The notes below the pieces were generated by a model. That model was not told where the DNA came from. It saw nothing but the letters and a program-made list of their open reading frames with translations, and made no database searches. A DNA stretch of 64,000 bases from Eledone cirrhosa (taxonomy: Eukaryota). Of the stretch, positions 17,011 to 29,672 are shown one piece after another. Positions within the stretch are counted from its first letter, which is position 1; each line of letters starts with the position of its first letter. The stretch covers positions 247,008,001-247,072,000 of the forward strand of contig OZ024742.1 in the NCBI GenBank assembly GCA_964016885.1, in the 5' to 3' direction. Both the position numbers and the translations under genes were made by a program.

Positions 17011-19771
17011 TTAAGGTGTTCTAGAATCCCACATTTTACACAAAAGTGTTTTTTTCTTAGCCCCCTATGCATTTTCCCATGCCATTATGTATATTATCAA
17101 TTTATAATGTAATTTTCATCATTTCAGACTAATAGTTGTAAATTGGCAGAATAATGGCGGAAACTAGTGGGCCTAGTTGTAGCTACTCGCTTGGTTGTGG
17201 TGATCGAGAAATATGGCTCCTGGGGCAATATGTTACATTCTTTTCACCAAACAAAATACCAACAAAGGGGGATGTTCTAAGATATTTCTTCTACCTGAAA
17301 GATGGTCGTATGAAACACGAAAAGCATGTGAGCTTCAATGGTGCTATTGCGGATAGGCTTGTTATGGAAGTAGTTAGTCAGTGGGAAAAAGCTGGTATGG
17401 CGCCTCAACGAAAAGACAAAGTGAAACTGAAAATCATGAATACAGAAATTTACAAAAAACAAAGGTTCTAAGTCAAACAAAAAAAAGTAAGCACTATTTA
17501 TTTCTCAATTGGATTCGTATTTCTACATTGCACGTACTGATGCTGAAAAGAAAATTTTGAAAGACCGTCTTCGTAATAATGAACAGAACATAGAAAATGC
17601 TACATTTCTCGAAGCCCTGCGTTGCCAGAAAAAAGTATCTCTGGGTGCTGAAGACATGGGTTACCAGAAAAAGGTATCTTCAAAGTTTATGCTTGATCAG
17701 GTTTCTATGGCTTGTCGAGAGTCAGAGAACCATAGAAAGTGTTTGTCAGGATCTGTAGCAGCACAACTTCCACGTAATGAACTGAGTGATTCAAGTTCAA
17801 CCAATGATGAAACTGAGGATGAACAGGATCCTGAATTTCAGGCCTCAAACCCACCCAGAGACAGCTCAAAGTCAGACAAGAAACGAAAAATCCAGCTGGA
17901 ATTCCCAAAGAATCCATTTCAAAGTCCAAAAATTTCTCTAATGGCTGGTCGTTTAAACCTGACACTGGGCCAGAGAACAGCATTTATGGCATCGATTATT
18001 TCTGAGGGTGGGACTGACATAGACGCCACAACTCTCTCCAAGAATAGTAGTAGACGTGCAGCTAAGAAGATCAGAATTATGGGGGCTGAACACATAAAAG
18101 AACAATTTGCTGTACCAGACTTTGTTACCTTGCATTGGGATGGAAAAATAATTCCTGGTGACCACGAGAGGCTAGGTGTGCTAGTTGATGGAACTCCGGA
18201 CTTCAGAGAAGGTAAACTCCTCGGTGTTCCCATAATTCCTGATGGCACTGGAACCACCCAAGCCAAGGCAATATTTGATCTTGTTAAAGATTGAAATGTT
18301 GATGGGTCTGTAGTGGGCTTGGTCTTAGACACAACTGCTTTGAATTCTGGATGGAAAAATGGTGCCTGCGTGAAACTAGAAGAGATGCTCAACAAAAAGG
18401 TGTTTTATTTTGCTTGTCGGCACCATGTCATGGAGTGTATCTTGTGTGCAGTGTGGCAACAACTATTCGGAGCAATGTCCAGTCCAGACACCCCAGAGTT
18501 CAAGGAGTTAAAAAAAGATTGGGTGTCACTCACGGACAAGACCAACTTTAAAACATTGAACATTGTCAACCGGAGATTCAAGCGTCTGTGTTCTGAGAAC
18601 ATCAAGTTCCTCCAAGATTTGCTGATATCCGACGATGGGAAAATGAGTTCTCTTCCACGGGACGACTACCAAGAATGTGCCGAGTTGGTGTTGATCTTGC
18701 TTGGTGTCACCTCTCCTCGTGGAATTCATTGGATGCTGCCTGGTGCACATCATAACGCTTGGTGGATGTCCACAATCATCTATAGTGCAAAGATGTATGC
18801 ATTTGGTGAGCGACTCAATTACGATCAAGCTAAAATGGAAAAGTTGCGCCGGATCTGTATGTTCAATACTCTGTTCTACGTGCGATACTGGCTGACAACA
18901 GTCAAGTGTGCTGATGCACCATCCAATGACCTTCAATTCTACCCGAGTTGACACAGTAAAGTAAGGTTGACAGAGATCTCACGCAGGCAGCCACTACTGC
19001 TCTGAGCAGGCATCTTTGGTACCTGACGGAGGAAGCCATTCCACTAACGCTGTTTTCAAGTCGTGTCCAAGAATCCGAGAAGAAACAAATAGCCCAACCT
19101 CTTGTCAAAACGAAAACGTCTGGGCTTCTCGACCGTGGTGCTCCAGTATTTCCCGAGTTGAAGTCGTCCATGAAGCTGCCTCATCTATTTGGGAAGAAAT
19201 CAAGGCTTCTGTTCGATCTCCTTGGTCTCGACGATACTTGGCTTGAGCTGTCACCTGCAACTTGGTCATCACAAACATCATATCAAAGTACCTGTGCTGT
19301 TGTTCACAATATCAAGGTAGTCAACGATCTCGCGGAGAGAGCAGTCAAGTTGATAACAGATTTTGTTGCCATCACCAAGAATGAGGAGGAGAAGCTGTGT
19401 GTTCTTCAAGTAGTCGAAGCTCATCGTCGCGAGGTCCCGGATTTCAAAAAAGAAACTCTGAAAAAAATATAACTGGAGTTAACTTAACTGAACTTGTTTC
19501 TTCCTTGTACGCCTTTATATTCAAAGCTGGTTTACTAAGTATAATGGATTAATAAAATAAACAATTATTGTATGGTCATATTTGGTTTCACATATTCATG
19601 ATTTCATGTAACATAATCACACTTTCTACTATAATCACCATGATATAGGCAAGACTCAAAATAATTTATTTTATACAAAATATGTTTTATTTTACCAATT
19701 GGTGCTTTTCTAATGGGAGAATAAACAGGGAGCTTTAGTAATGTAACCTTGCTTTTTATGGCACACTCTAA
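17011..19771 (+). mobile_element. hAT-superfamily (hATm-like) DNA transposon, near full length, disrupted
   Basis: Transposase motifs LHWDGK, LDTTALNSG, GAC, CRHH, RDDY, PGAHHNAWWM, HLWYL, VVNDLAERAVK; imperfect termini ttaaggtgt / acactctaa; (TA)n on both sides. Confidence 0.8.
17154..19472 (+). pseudogene. Transposase pseudogene
   Basis: ORFs 17154-17471, 17509-18294, 18313-18951 (same frame across TGA 18292) and 19158-19472. Confidence 0.85.
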
Positions 19772-19869
19772 TATATATATATATATATATACACACATTC
19801 ACACCGATCTCAATGTACATACATATATAAATATATATATATAAATATATATATATATGTATATATATA

Positions 19870-20079
19870 GTGGTAGAACACTGGAAGGTAATATCCGTAG
19901 TGGTAGAGCAGTCAGTCCATGGGACGAGTTAGGTAGAAGTGGTTACATAACAGTTAGTTCACCATATCGAGAACAATTGTTTCACCTTAGCGGATCTTCA
20001 GCTCGATTACGAGCTGAAGATCCGCTACGGCGAAAAAATTGTTCTCGGCGTGGTGAACTAACAGTTGTGTAACAAGTTC

Positions 20080-20080
<1 letters not shown>
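19870..20080. mobile_element. Palindromic PLE-type terminal repeat with two opposed HHR motifs
   Basis: Plus 20010-20047 cgag-CTGAAGA-tccgctacggc-GAAA-aaattg-TT-ctcg; minus 19968-20005 the same with caattg; same family at 62741-62992. Confidence 0.8.
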
Positions 20081-20130
<50 letters not shown>

Positions 20131-20140
20131 GTATGTACAT

Positions 20141-20372
20141 TGAGATCGGTGTGGATGTTGGATCTTCAAAATACCTGAAGATCCGTCTCTTTGTTGCTGT
20201 AGTGGAGTATGTGCTGCTGTACGGGTCTGAGACTTGGACACTGACCACGAAACCCACACAGATGGCGGATGGGTGCTACACGCAAATGCTGACGATGGCT
20301 CTGTACATTAATCAGTATACACTGAGGATGAAGAACTCAGAGCTGTACGGGAGCCTCCCAAACGTCAGCTAA
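20141..20372 (+). mobile_element. RTE-like LINE RT C-terminal fragment
   Basis: KIRLFVAVVEYVLLYGSETWTLT motif; homologous to 51165-51352. Confidence 0.8.
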
Positions 20373-21180
20373 AAAGTGACACATAATAAATCAATAAAAA
20401 TAAAATATATATTTTTATTGATTTACTAGCAGCAGCACCCAATATAATATCTGCTTTGATGAAAAGGTGTTGATCTTAACGACTGCTTCTCGATGACTCA
20501 TCTATGGCCACACACAGGCCATGCGCGGGAGGGTGGTGATGACCTATATTACTGCGAAACGCGGGTAACTGACGAAGGGGCATGCTGGAGGAGGGAGGTA
20601 ATGACCTATAACACTAAGCCAAATTTCCTTACGCTACCTGATTGGAAACCGATGAATTCTCAAATACACAACTAAAAGCTCAGACGACGTCAGTGGCCAT
20701 CGTTTTGACTTTGATCATCTATAAGATGTGCAATCGTAGTATAAAAGTTGACCAAATAAATTGATTTATGTGTGAGCTGTAGCCGAAGTTTCGAATTTGA
20801 ACGAAATCAGTTGAAAAATGTGGGAGCTCGAGCCGAAAAGGATGAAATTTGAGCGAAAAGGTGATATTTTCGAATATTTAAGCAGCTGCCACGCCGTTCC
20901 TGAACAAAAAGTCCAAAATGTAAAGCCATTTTAAGACGTGAAATAATCAGGTCTAGTGTAGTGTAAACATTTGAACAAAGTAGGTTGATTAATGTGGGAG
21001 CTAGAGCCGAAAAAGTGGAAATTTGAATCTAAAAGTGGTATTTTTGAATATTTCATTTAATTTCTTGTTATAGATCGAAATTCCTTGTGTTTTTAAATAA
21101 GATTGGTATTTCTCACTAACAATTTACCCTAAAATTTTATTCTCCTTCGATTTTAACATTAGCATTATTCTTTAATAAAT

Positions 21181-21361
21181 GTTTCTACTTTTTGGCACAA
21201 GGCTAACAATTACCCAGTGCTTTACTGGTACTTTATTTTATCGACCCCGTAAGGATGAAAGGCAAAGTTAACCTCGGCGGGATTTGAACTCAGAATGGCA
21301 AGGGTCGTAACTCTATGCGTCAAAGCATGGCGTCCAACCCTCTACCGATACTGCCAATCCA
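21181..21361 (-). mobile_element. tRNA-derived SINE with Meta-domain-like body
   Basis: A-box tggcagtatcgg, B-box gagttcaaatcc, body ctttgcctttcatccttacggggtcgataaaataaagtaccag; partial plus-strand copy at 21634-21722. Confidence 0.85.
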
Positions 21362-22046
21362 TTCTTTAATAACATCAAATTTTCGTGTACCTTTCACCGG
21401 CTTGACCTCTTTTCATCCCCAAAGTAATCTTTTCATTCAAAATACTCTTTCCATTCAAAACTGAAGTCTGCATTCCTCTACCCCTAAATTAAATTTCTAC
21501 TACTACTATTCTATCAACTTGACCACTTACTACCTTTCTATTAGTCAATTCAAAACCTGTTTCCAAACAGACCTATTATATTAAATCTTTGTTGGTTTTT
21601 TTCAATAAACAAATATCATTATTTCTGAATCATGCCAAGGTTGACTTTGCCTTTCATCCTTACGGGGTCGATGAAATGAAGTACCAGTAATTGCTGGCCT
21701 TGTGCCTAAAGTAGAAACAATTATTTCTGAAGACAGCATATATATGTATAGGTACAAATATAAATTAGCGAGAATCGTATTTCGGCTATTGGAAATTAGC
21801 GAAAAACAACTTCCGAGATGTGTGGCAAGCGCTCAATAGATTCTAACGAACCAGAGCTACAACATACGTTAAAAGGCCAAACACACTGAGACGATGTATA
21901 TTTCCTCTGATAGTTTGTGAAATTTTTACATAGATCTATATGATATACATACCAACACACACATATATATGCTAGAAACGATCGTAAAATGATGAATTTT
22001 TTAATATAAGGAACTGTTTCTTTGTTTTTATTCATTGTTTTTATTA

Positions 22047-22122
<76 letters not shown>

Positions 22123-22296
22123 GTGTGTGTGTGATAACGCCTGTGTTCCCCATTTGGTGGCTGGCGCGGTCCATAGCTGGTTGACGGTGGTTTCTGAGTG
22201 TTTTATTTACACTCCACCCAGCCCCCATATGTATATGAATATATCTTTGTTTTCTTTTCACTCACTGTGTTTGCTTTGTTTTAATTGTTCAAAAAG

Positions 22297-22375
<79 letters not shown>

Positions 22376-22499
22376 AAAGTTCTATTTAAATTGTTGGGAT
22401 ACAACAAGCAAATATTTTTATAACTGATATAAAGCACTCAACAAGTATTTGGAGTAAATATACGATATTAACAAATGGAAACTATACTTATAAAACCAT

Positions 22500-22568
22500 A
22501 TCTATTTTATTATACATATTTCAAGGATACCATGTTAAATTATGGTAGGCTTTCATCAGACAAAATAC
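22500..22568 (-). ncRNA. Hammerhead ribozyme motif
   Basis: Minus strand ttttgt-CTGATGA-aagcctaccat..atggtatcctt-GAAA-tatg-TA-taataaaa; stem I imperfect. Confidence 0.55.
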
Positions 22569-23025
22569 AATATATACCAGTTTTATAAATAAATATTGAC
22601 ATACCCTTTCAAAATGCAACCGTTACTTTTGGAAGACACCAGGATAGACTATAAATAATTACGTAATATTATTATCATATACTCATAGTAACAAAATAAT
22701 TGTGTTGAAACTTAATATGATGCTTATATGAACGATCACATCTATAATGATAATTTCTTAAATATACTAATAGTAAAATAATTTAGTTATCTATTGTTAC
22801 ATTTTCATAGAACTATAATATTAACAATCGTATTGCATTATCAAATTTTTATCACTACAAACTTTCATATTGGAATTACCTTAAGCCACTTATTATTACT
22901 TCGCTTTCGTACTTTTACAGCTGTAGATATTGCGCTGTATCTTATATCTAATATCAATATCTCGTGGTAATTTGCATGAAGTGTAAAATAGGTTTATTAA
23001 TAACTTTAATATGAAATGTATTATA

Positions 23026-23113
23026 CAGGGCTGCGGAGTCGGCCAAAAATTGACTGGCTCCAACTCAGGATCCGATACTCCATTATTTCCTAAATTTCAG
23101 CTCCGCAGCTCTG
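23026..23113. mobile_element. 88 bp MITE, hAT-like
   Basis: TIRs cagggctgcggag / ctccgcagctctg; flanks gtattata / ttattata fit a 7-of-8 bp target site duplication. Confidence 0.7.
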
Positions 23114-23909
23114 TTATTATATTAATTAATTTATTTTATAGTTGTAAATCATATTTTTATATGTTACACTCTAAGAATTAACTAAATGAAATAGCGTAAA
23201 AATAAAGGCTTCGTTGGTTTAAGCTATTTTTATAAAGGATGCCACAGAATGTACGATATATAATGATTACAATATTTTTTAGCAACAACTCTAGTCCCAC
23301 ACTTTTGAAGGTTTATTATAACATTCTGTGGCACTTTTGAGCTTGCGCATTTTTCATGTCTAGTATATATATATATATATATATATATATACGGGATAAC
23401 AAATTATTGTTATAGGTAGTCCACTTAGATGTAGTCCAGTTAGGGTACTCCGAGTAGTGGATAGTATTAACGCTTGGCTAAGTTTGACTCAACAAGACGT
23501 TTCCATAGTGATGCTGCGAGTACGCGGTGATTTCTATGTAGTTTACACTTGGAGTAATAATAAATCAAGAAAGAAGAGTTTCATGGTTTGCTATACAATA
23601 AGGGCTTTATTCACATTGCTGATATTTGTTTCTCTGAACTGATTATCTCTACACTATATATAATACACCCCGATGACAGCTTTCACATGTAAATTTTATA
23701 CATCTGCTTCGTATCAGCTCGTTTTACATGCTAAAGTCATCAGTATACTCTATGGCTGACTTAGATTGATGTTGTGATTATTTTAACTATTTATGGTCTA
23801 GCTAATTTATTTTAGTATTGCTAATATTGTTAGTATTGTTATTATTGGTCTGATTTAATACCACTACTATATATAGAAGCCATGCCTGTGTATTCCCTTC
23901 ATTCTCGCA

Positions 23910-24017
23910 TGCTCTGATGAATTGACTGGTTATAACAAAGTATTGGTGATTGGTTGACGCAAAAACAGGCGGGTAGCGATCTCTAGACCTACCAGTTCAG
24001 AGAAACAATTGTCAGCA
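23910..24017 (+). ncRNA. Type I hammerhead ribozyme with long stem II insertion
   Basis: tgct-CTGATGA-attgactggt...accagttcaga-GAAA-caattg-TC-agca (GUC site); its 3' part is repeated inverted at ~23560-23641. Confidence 0.7.
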
Positions 24018-24080
24018 ATGTGAATAAAGCCTTTATTGTATAGCAAACCATGTCACCCTTCTTTCTTGATTTATATATAT

Positions 24081-24246
24081 ATAATGTATAATAAACAATG
24101 CAATATAATTACCTCATTACCAGAGGTTTCCCGAATAAAACGAATACAAAAAACGTCCTCAACGAATGAGGACATTTTTTGTATTCGTCTTATTCGGGAA
24201 ACCTCTGGTATTGAGGTAATTATATTGTATTGTTTATTATACATTA
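24081..24246. repeat. Long imperfect palindrome (~80 bp arms) flanked by TA tracts
   Basis: aatgtataataaacaat...gtcctca / tgaggac...attgtttattatacatt. Confidence 0.8.
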
Positions 24247-24320
24247 AATTTAGCTCTGGTACTTACATAGAACACTCTTCACTCCTATGACTTTTTCAAT
24301 TTTCAACGGAAACTTCAATA

Positions 24321-24394
<74 letters not shown>

Positions 24395-25264
24395 ACAAAT
24401 TTAAGATGGGATTCTACAGGACTAGAACTGTTTCATATGAGGGAAATCAACAGGAATGCCTAATGATTTCGTTCGAATGAAACATTTATAGTCCTGTATT
24501 AAATGTGTTGTATACACTCTATCAACGTATTGAGTACCTTACTGTGTGGTTACCCCCGATTGAACCTGAGACTCAAATATATATATATGTAGATGTGTAT
24601 GTGTGTGCGTGTGTGGATTGGCATTATATAGAGAGCATTGGAGAACATGTTTTGTGGCATACAGATACATCCCTTTACATTTTGAGTTCAAATCATCCCG
24701 AAACTTTGCACTAAGCTCTGTTAGAAAACAAAAGTCGTTTGAAATTGTATAGTTTCAGTTTGCTCTCCTTCACTAATATATTTATTTCGAAGAACTACAT
24801 TTAATCTGATATGTTTGTATTGCGGATGACACACGATCCATAATATTTTCTTTCTCGATAGAATAACATAGGTTATACGTATGTATTTTAAAGATGTCAG
24901 ATTTTAAGGAGGTGATATTTAAAGACAGTATTATAACCTACAGTATTATAATAGGTTTTCATTGTTATTGGATAGCACCTTTGGTTTTATACTACACCAG
25001 ATAATATGTAGTGTGTGATCTTTGAACGTATCTCTCTTATTCCATCTCTCTCTCCCTTTGTCTCTCTTTCTCTGTGTTTCTCTCTCTCTCACACACACAG
25101 ACACCCCCACCACACACACACATATACACATATGTATATATATAAATATACATATATATATATATATATATGAGTATGTACGTGTGTGTGATTGTATAAG
25201 TCTCTCTGTCTCTCTCTCTCTCTCCCTCTCTCTCTCTCTCCCTCTCTATCTATCTATCTATATA

Positions 25265-25311
<47 letters not shown>

Positions 25312-25869
25312 ATAATAATATATATATATATGCGCGCGCGCGCATGTGTGTGTGTATGTGTGTGTTTGTAAGACACACCACCTAGTGGTCACTACTGGTT
25401 GTGATGTATGCTCTTTCTTAATAGAGATGACTGATGAGGGGGCAAACGTATAACTGCGGACATCCATTCATTTGAAAATGATCATGGTGAGGTGTGTGTA
25501 TGTGTGTATGTGCACGCGTGTGTGTGCATATGTGTGTGCGCGCTTGTGTGTGTGTCTATGTGTGTGTCTGTCTGTGTGGGTTTGTGTGGGATAGGGTGGA
25601 TGTGCGAGAGAAGGAAATATCTGACTGCGTTAGTGGCAGGAAGAACCGAAGAGCAATCGTTATAGTATGGGGATTTAATAATCCTCACAACAGCAACTAA
25701 GAATATATAATACCTTTAAGCGTGCTGCTGTCTTCACTGAGGTCAAACGTTTCAGTTATCATAATTAACTTAATGTTTCTCTCTCTTCACACAAATACAT
25801 ACAGAAGACTATGTATACACATAACTAACTATACACAAAGAAGCATATAAACTATATACGAAGAAGCAT

Positions 25870-26500
25870 ACACATGGAAACACACACATACATATATATA
25901 GAGAAATACACACAGAAACACACACATACATATATATAAAAATACACACGTAAACACACACATACATATACATATATAGAAATTCACACGGAAATACATA
26001 CATATATATATAGAAATACACACGTAAACACACACATACATATATATATATAAATACACAATGAAACACATACATACACATATATATATAGAGAAATACA
26101 CACAGAAACACACACATACATATATATAGAGAAATACACACAGAAACACACACATACATATATATAGAAATACACACATACACATATATATAGAGAAATA
26201 CACACAGAAACACACACATACACATATATAGAAATACACACAGAAACACACACATACATATATATCGAAATACACACAGAAACACACACATACATATATA
26301 TAGAAATACACACAGAAACACACACATACATATATATAGCAATACACAAGGAAACACACACATACACATATATATAGCAATTCACACGGAAACACACACA
26401 TACATATATATATAGAAATACACACACACATACTCACAAATATACGCAAAGAAATGCACGAATACACTCAGAAACACACACACATAACATACATACAGAA
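25870..26500. repeat. Compound minisatellite (~40 bp unit gaaatacacacagaaacacacacatacatatatata)
   Basis: More than 12 visible tandem units. Confidence 0.9.
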
Positions 26501-27266
26501 ATACAGAAACATACTAGAAGTATAACTGTATATATATATGCACACTTACGTAGCAATAAGCGTTTATGTTATTACTTCAAGTGAAGCTTGAACCTATTTC
26601 ATGATTTAACAAGAGATGAGGCTATAATATATCATGGATCTATCCTTAATCCTTTTCTGATATCCACACAAATGATAATTTATCAGATTATATTCTTCAT
26701 TAGACAACTTAATTATAAAAGAGGGCTGTTTAAGCTACTCTGTTTAAATGAAGTTTCCGACCATCTCTTACTATATTTATCGCTTCTATATAATAACGGT
26801 ATTCATTATTACAGTGAATGCCTGAATATATCTGCGTATTTCTTAGATTTCGATGTGAAAATACGATAAAAGTAGAGTTTAATGCTGTTAAAATGTGAAG
26901 ATCTCGTTAGCCGTTAATTTACTTTGCACTAAATACGTTGGTTTTAACTTATCCACCTAAATATCTATATATCCTTTCTCATTTTCTCAATTTTCAAGAT
27001 AGCTTATTAGCAACAACACGTAATTCTCTTCTATCTACCCCTTTCTCTGTTTATTTGATTCATCTTAATTTCAATATGGGTATCTATGTATTTATCTCTC
27101 CGTGTGTCTGTCTCTCTACATATATCTAACTATCTATCTATTATATACAGAAACATTTGGTAATGGAGTAGTTATATATTGTGTTGTTCACTTTCTAATT
27201 AAATAGCTCTGTATTATACATAGAGCACTCTTCTTTCCTTTTTCTTTTTCTTCGAAAATACTTAGC

Positions 27267-27372
<106 letters not shown>

Positions 27373-27902
27373 TAAGAGTGAGAAATGAAGTTTCGTTTCA
27401 TTCTATTCCATTTATATATATGTATATATATATATATATAAATATATATATAAGAAGGTAGTACAGCATAATCGAAGCTCTGGTTGCGGGAAAGCTAACG
27501 AATGCTGTCGGGAAGTGCAGCCAAAAGCACTCAATAAGGAATTTACCTTAGAGTTATAACATTACGTTTAGACAGCTATGCAAATTTGAAGCCAGCGACC
27601 GAAAAGCGAGCCACCAGGACATATATATAAATATACAGAATGAGATACAAGAAACAATCAATATTCATATATAAAAATAAACAAAGAGTGTCAAACCTTA
27701 TATCGGGAAGTTCATATCCGTTGCTCCAAGAGTAAATATATAAATACATTATCGGAGAAAGCTAATATATATTATAATTTTGACTAACCAATGTTATGTA
27801 TTTAACGCCACAGAAATATGTATTACGGCAGATTTTAAATGAAATATATTATGAATATCTATATCTGGTCTTTACAATTATCATTATATATCACGTTTAT
27901 CG

Positions 27903-28090
27903 GGGATTGGCAGTATCGGTAGAGGGTCTGACGCTATGCTTTGCAGCAAAGAGTTACGCCCCTTTATGGTTTGAGTTCAAATCCCGCCGAGGTTAACTTT
28001 GCCTTTCATCCTTACGGGGGTCGATAAAATAAAGTACCAGTAATACACTGGGATGACTGCTGGCCTTGTGCCAAAAGTAGAAACAATTAT
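27903..28090 (+). mobile_element. tRNA-derived SINE, full length
   Basis: A/B boxes, Meta-domain-like body, tail gtagaaacaattat. Confidence 0.88.
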
Positions 28091-29126
28091 ATATCACGTT
28101 TATCACACAGTTACATCTGTTTAACTGTTTATTTATTACATATTCAATATGTTAAGATTAACCATACTGATATTGATTATATGTTACAACAAAATAGTAG
28201 CGAAGTAGACATTCTGACATAATGCAGAACTGATAGGAATAAAATTCGACAGATTGTTTGATACTAGTTAAAGGAAGTTCCTATAGAAGCATACGACAAT
28301 AGATGTCTGTGGGTTGCAGGAAAAATCAATGGGGAAACCTTATAAAACACCCGAGTATATATATATATATATATATAAATACATTATCGGAGAAAGCTAA
28401 TAGCGATACTCCGGCCAAATCCCAACTCACTCAACAAACATTAGGAAATAAGTGAGTATATTCCTAATTAAACGTTCGGCGTGCTAACTAATTGTATTGT
28501 GTGGAAAATTGGCTGTATTATTTCATATGAGATATATCAAATATATCTCTTCCCAGACGGACGTCTCATTTCATTATAAGATTCCTACAAGTTGGGTGAA
28601 ATTATACCAATTTATGTAGAAGCTTGTATAAGATCAACAGATACTTATTCAGGTGGGCTCTTATAATGTTATTGGGTGCCCAATAACATTAATATTGATA
28701 ATCAAATCAACATCAATATTTAGCGATAATCACCATCAGTGCTTGAGGTAGCTGTTAGGTTGCTAGCCCAGCAGTGCTAAAGAAATTCTCATAGTGTCTC
28801 AAAAAAAGAGGAAGGAGAATTACTGCCAAAAAACAATACATGCGCAGGACAATGAATTCTAAAAGGAATTCAAGCCACGTGCTAGAACTCAATTGGAATT
28901 TGAAAAAATATCCATGTGTGTATATCGTTTGATGACACACACAGATATTTTCTCGGGCAAAATAACAGAATGAGATACAAGAAACAATCAATATTCATAT
29001 ATAAAAATAAACAAAGAGTGTCAAACCTTATATCGGGAAGTTCATATCCGTTGCTCCAAGAGTAAATATATAAATACATTATCGGAGAAAGCTAATAGCG
29101 ATACTCCGGCCAAATCCCAACTCACT

Positions 29127-29160
<34 letters not shown>

Positions 29161-29164
<4 letters not shown>

Positions 29165-29356
29165 AACGAGTAGGACCCCGACGGCTGAGCTCAAGCCGTT
29201 TCGACGGCTAATTCTGAGTCCAGAATTAGCCGTCGAAACGGCTTGAGCTCAGCCGTCGGGGTCCTACTCGTTCCTATTGCCCACTCTACTACCCTAAGTA
29301 TTGAGTACTTTGGTGCGTTATCGTCCACCTGGTTCCTTACCACATTTCCTTCGTTA
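29161..29356 (+). mobile_element. Fold-back PLE terminal repeat (perfect 56 bp arms) in (TA)n
   Basis: 29161-29216 is the exact reverse complement of 29221-29276; 4 nt loop agtc. Confidence 0.9.
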
Positions 29357-29485
29357 TATATATATATGCGTGTGTGTGTGTGTGTGTGTGTATACGTATA
29401 CATATATATATATATATATTACAGAGAGATGGAGAGGGGGAAGAGAGAAATTGATACGACCATTGACAGGAAACATTAATATCTG

Positions 29486-29672
29486 GTGGATTGGCAGTAT
29501 CGGTAGAGGGTCGGGCGCCATGCTTTGAAGCATAGAGTTACCTCCCTTTATGATCTGAGTTCAAATCCCGCCGAGGTTAACTTTGCCTTTCATCCTTACG
29601 GGGTCGATAAAATAAAGTACCAGTAATACACTGGGATAATTGCTGGCCTTGTGCTAAAAGTAGAAACAATTA
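29486..29672 (+). mobile_element. tRNA-derived SINE, full length
   Basis: Same family as 27903-28090; partial copy at 30115-30225. Confidence 0.88.

Noticed and set aside
18292-18294. In-frame TGA in the transposase as recoding
   Set aside because: Simplest reading is a TGG-to-TGA nonsense mutation; other frameshifts show the copy is dead.
20425-21130. Possible Helitron-like non-autonomous element (actagc start; similar start at 39152)
   Set aside because: Termini and hairpin could not be defined from this window.
25425-25490. CTGATGA...GAAA pair as a hammerhead
   Set aside because: Stems I and II do not pair convincingly.
25870-26500. Regular repeat array resembling CRISPR
   Set aside because: No unique spacers, low complexity, eukaryotic context, no cas genes.
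27903-27990. A/B-box sequence as a tRNA gene
   Set aside because: No cloverleaf; continues into a multi-copy SINE body.
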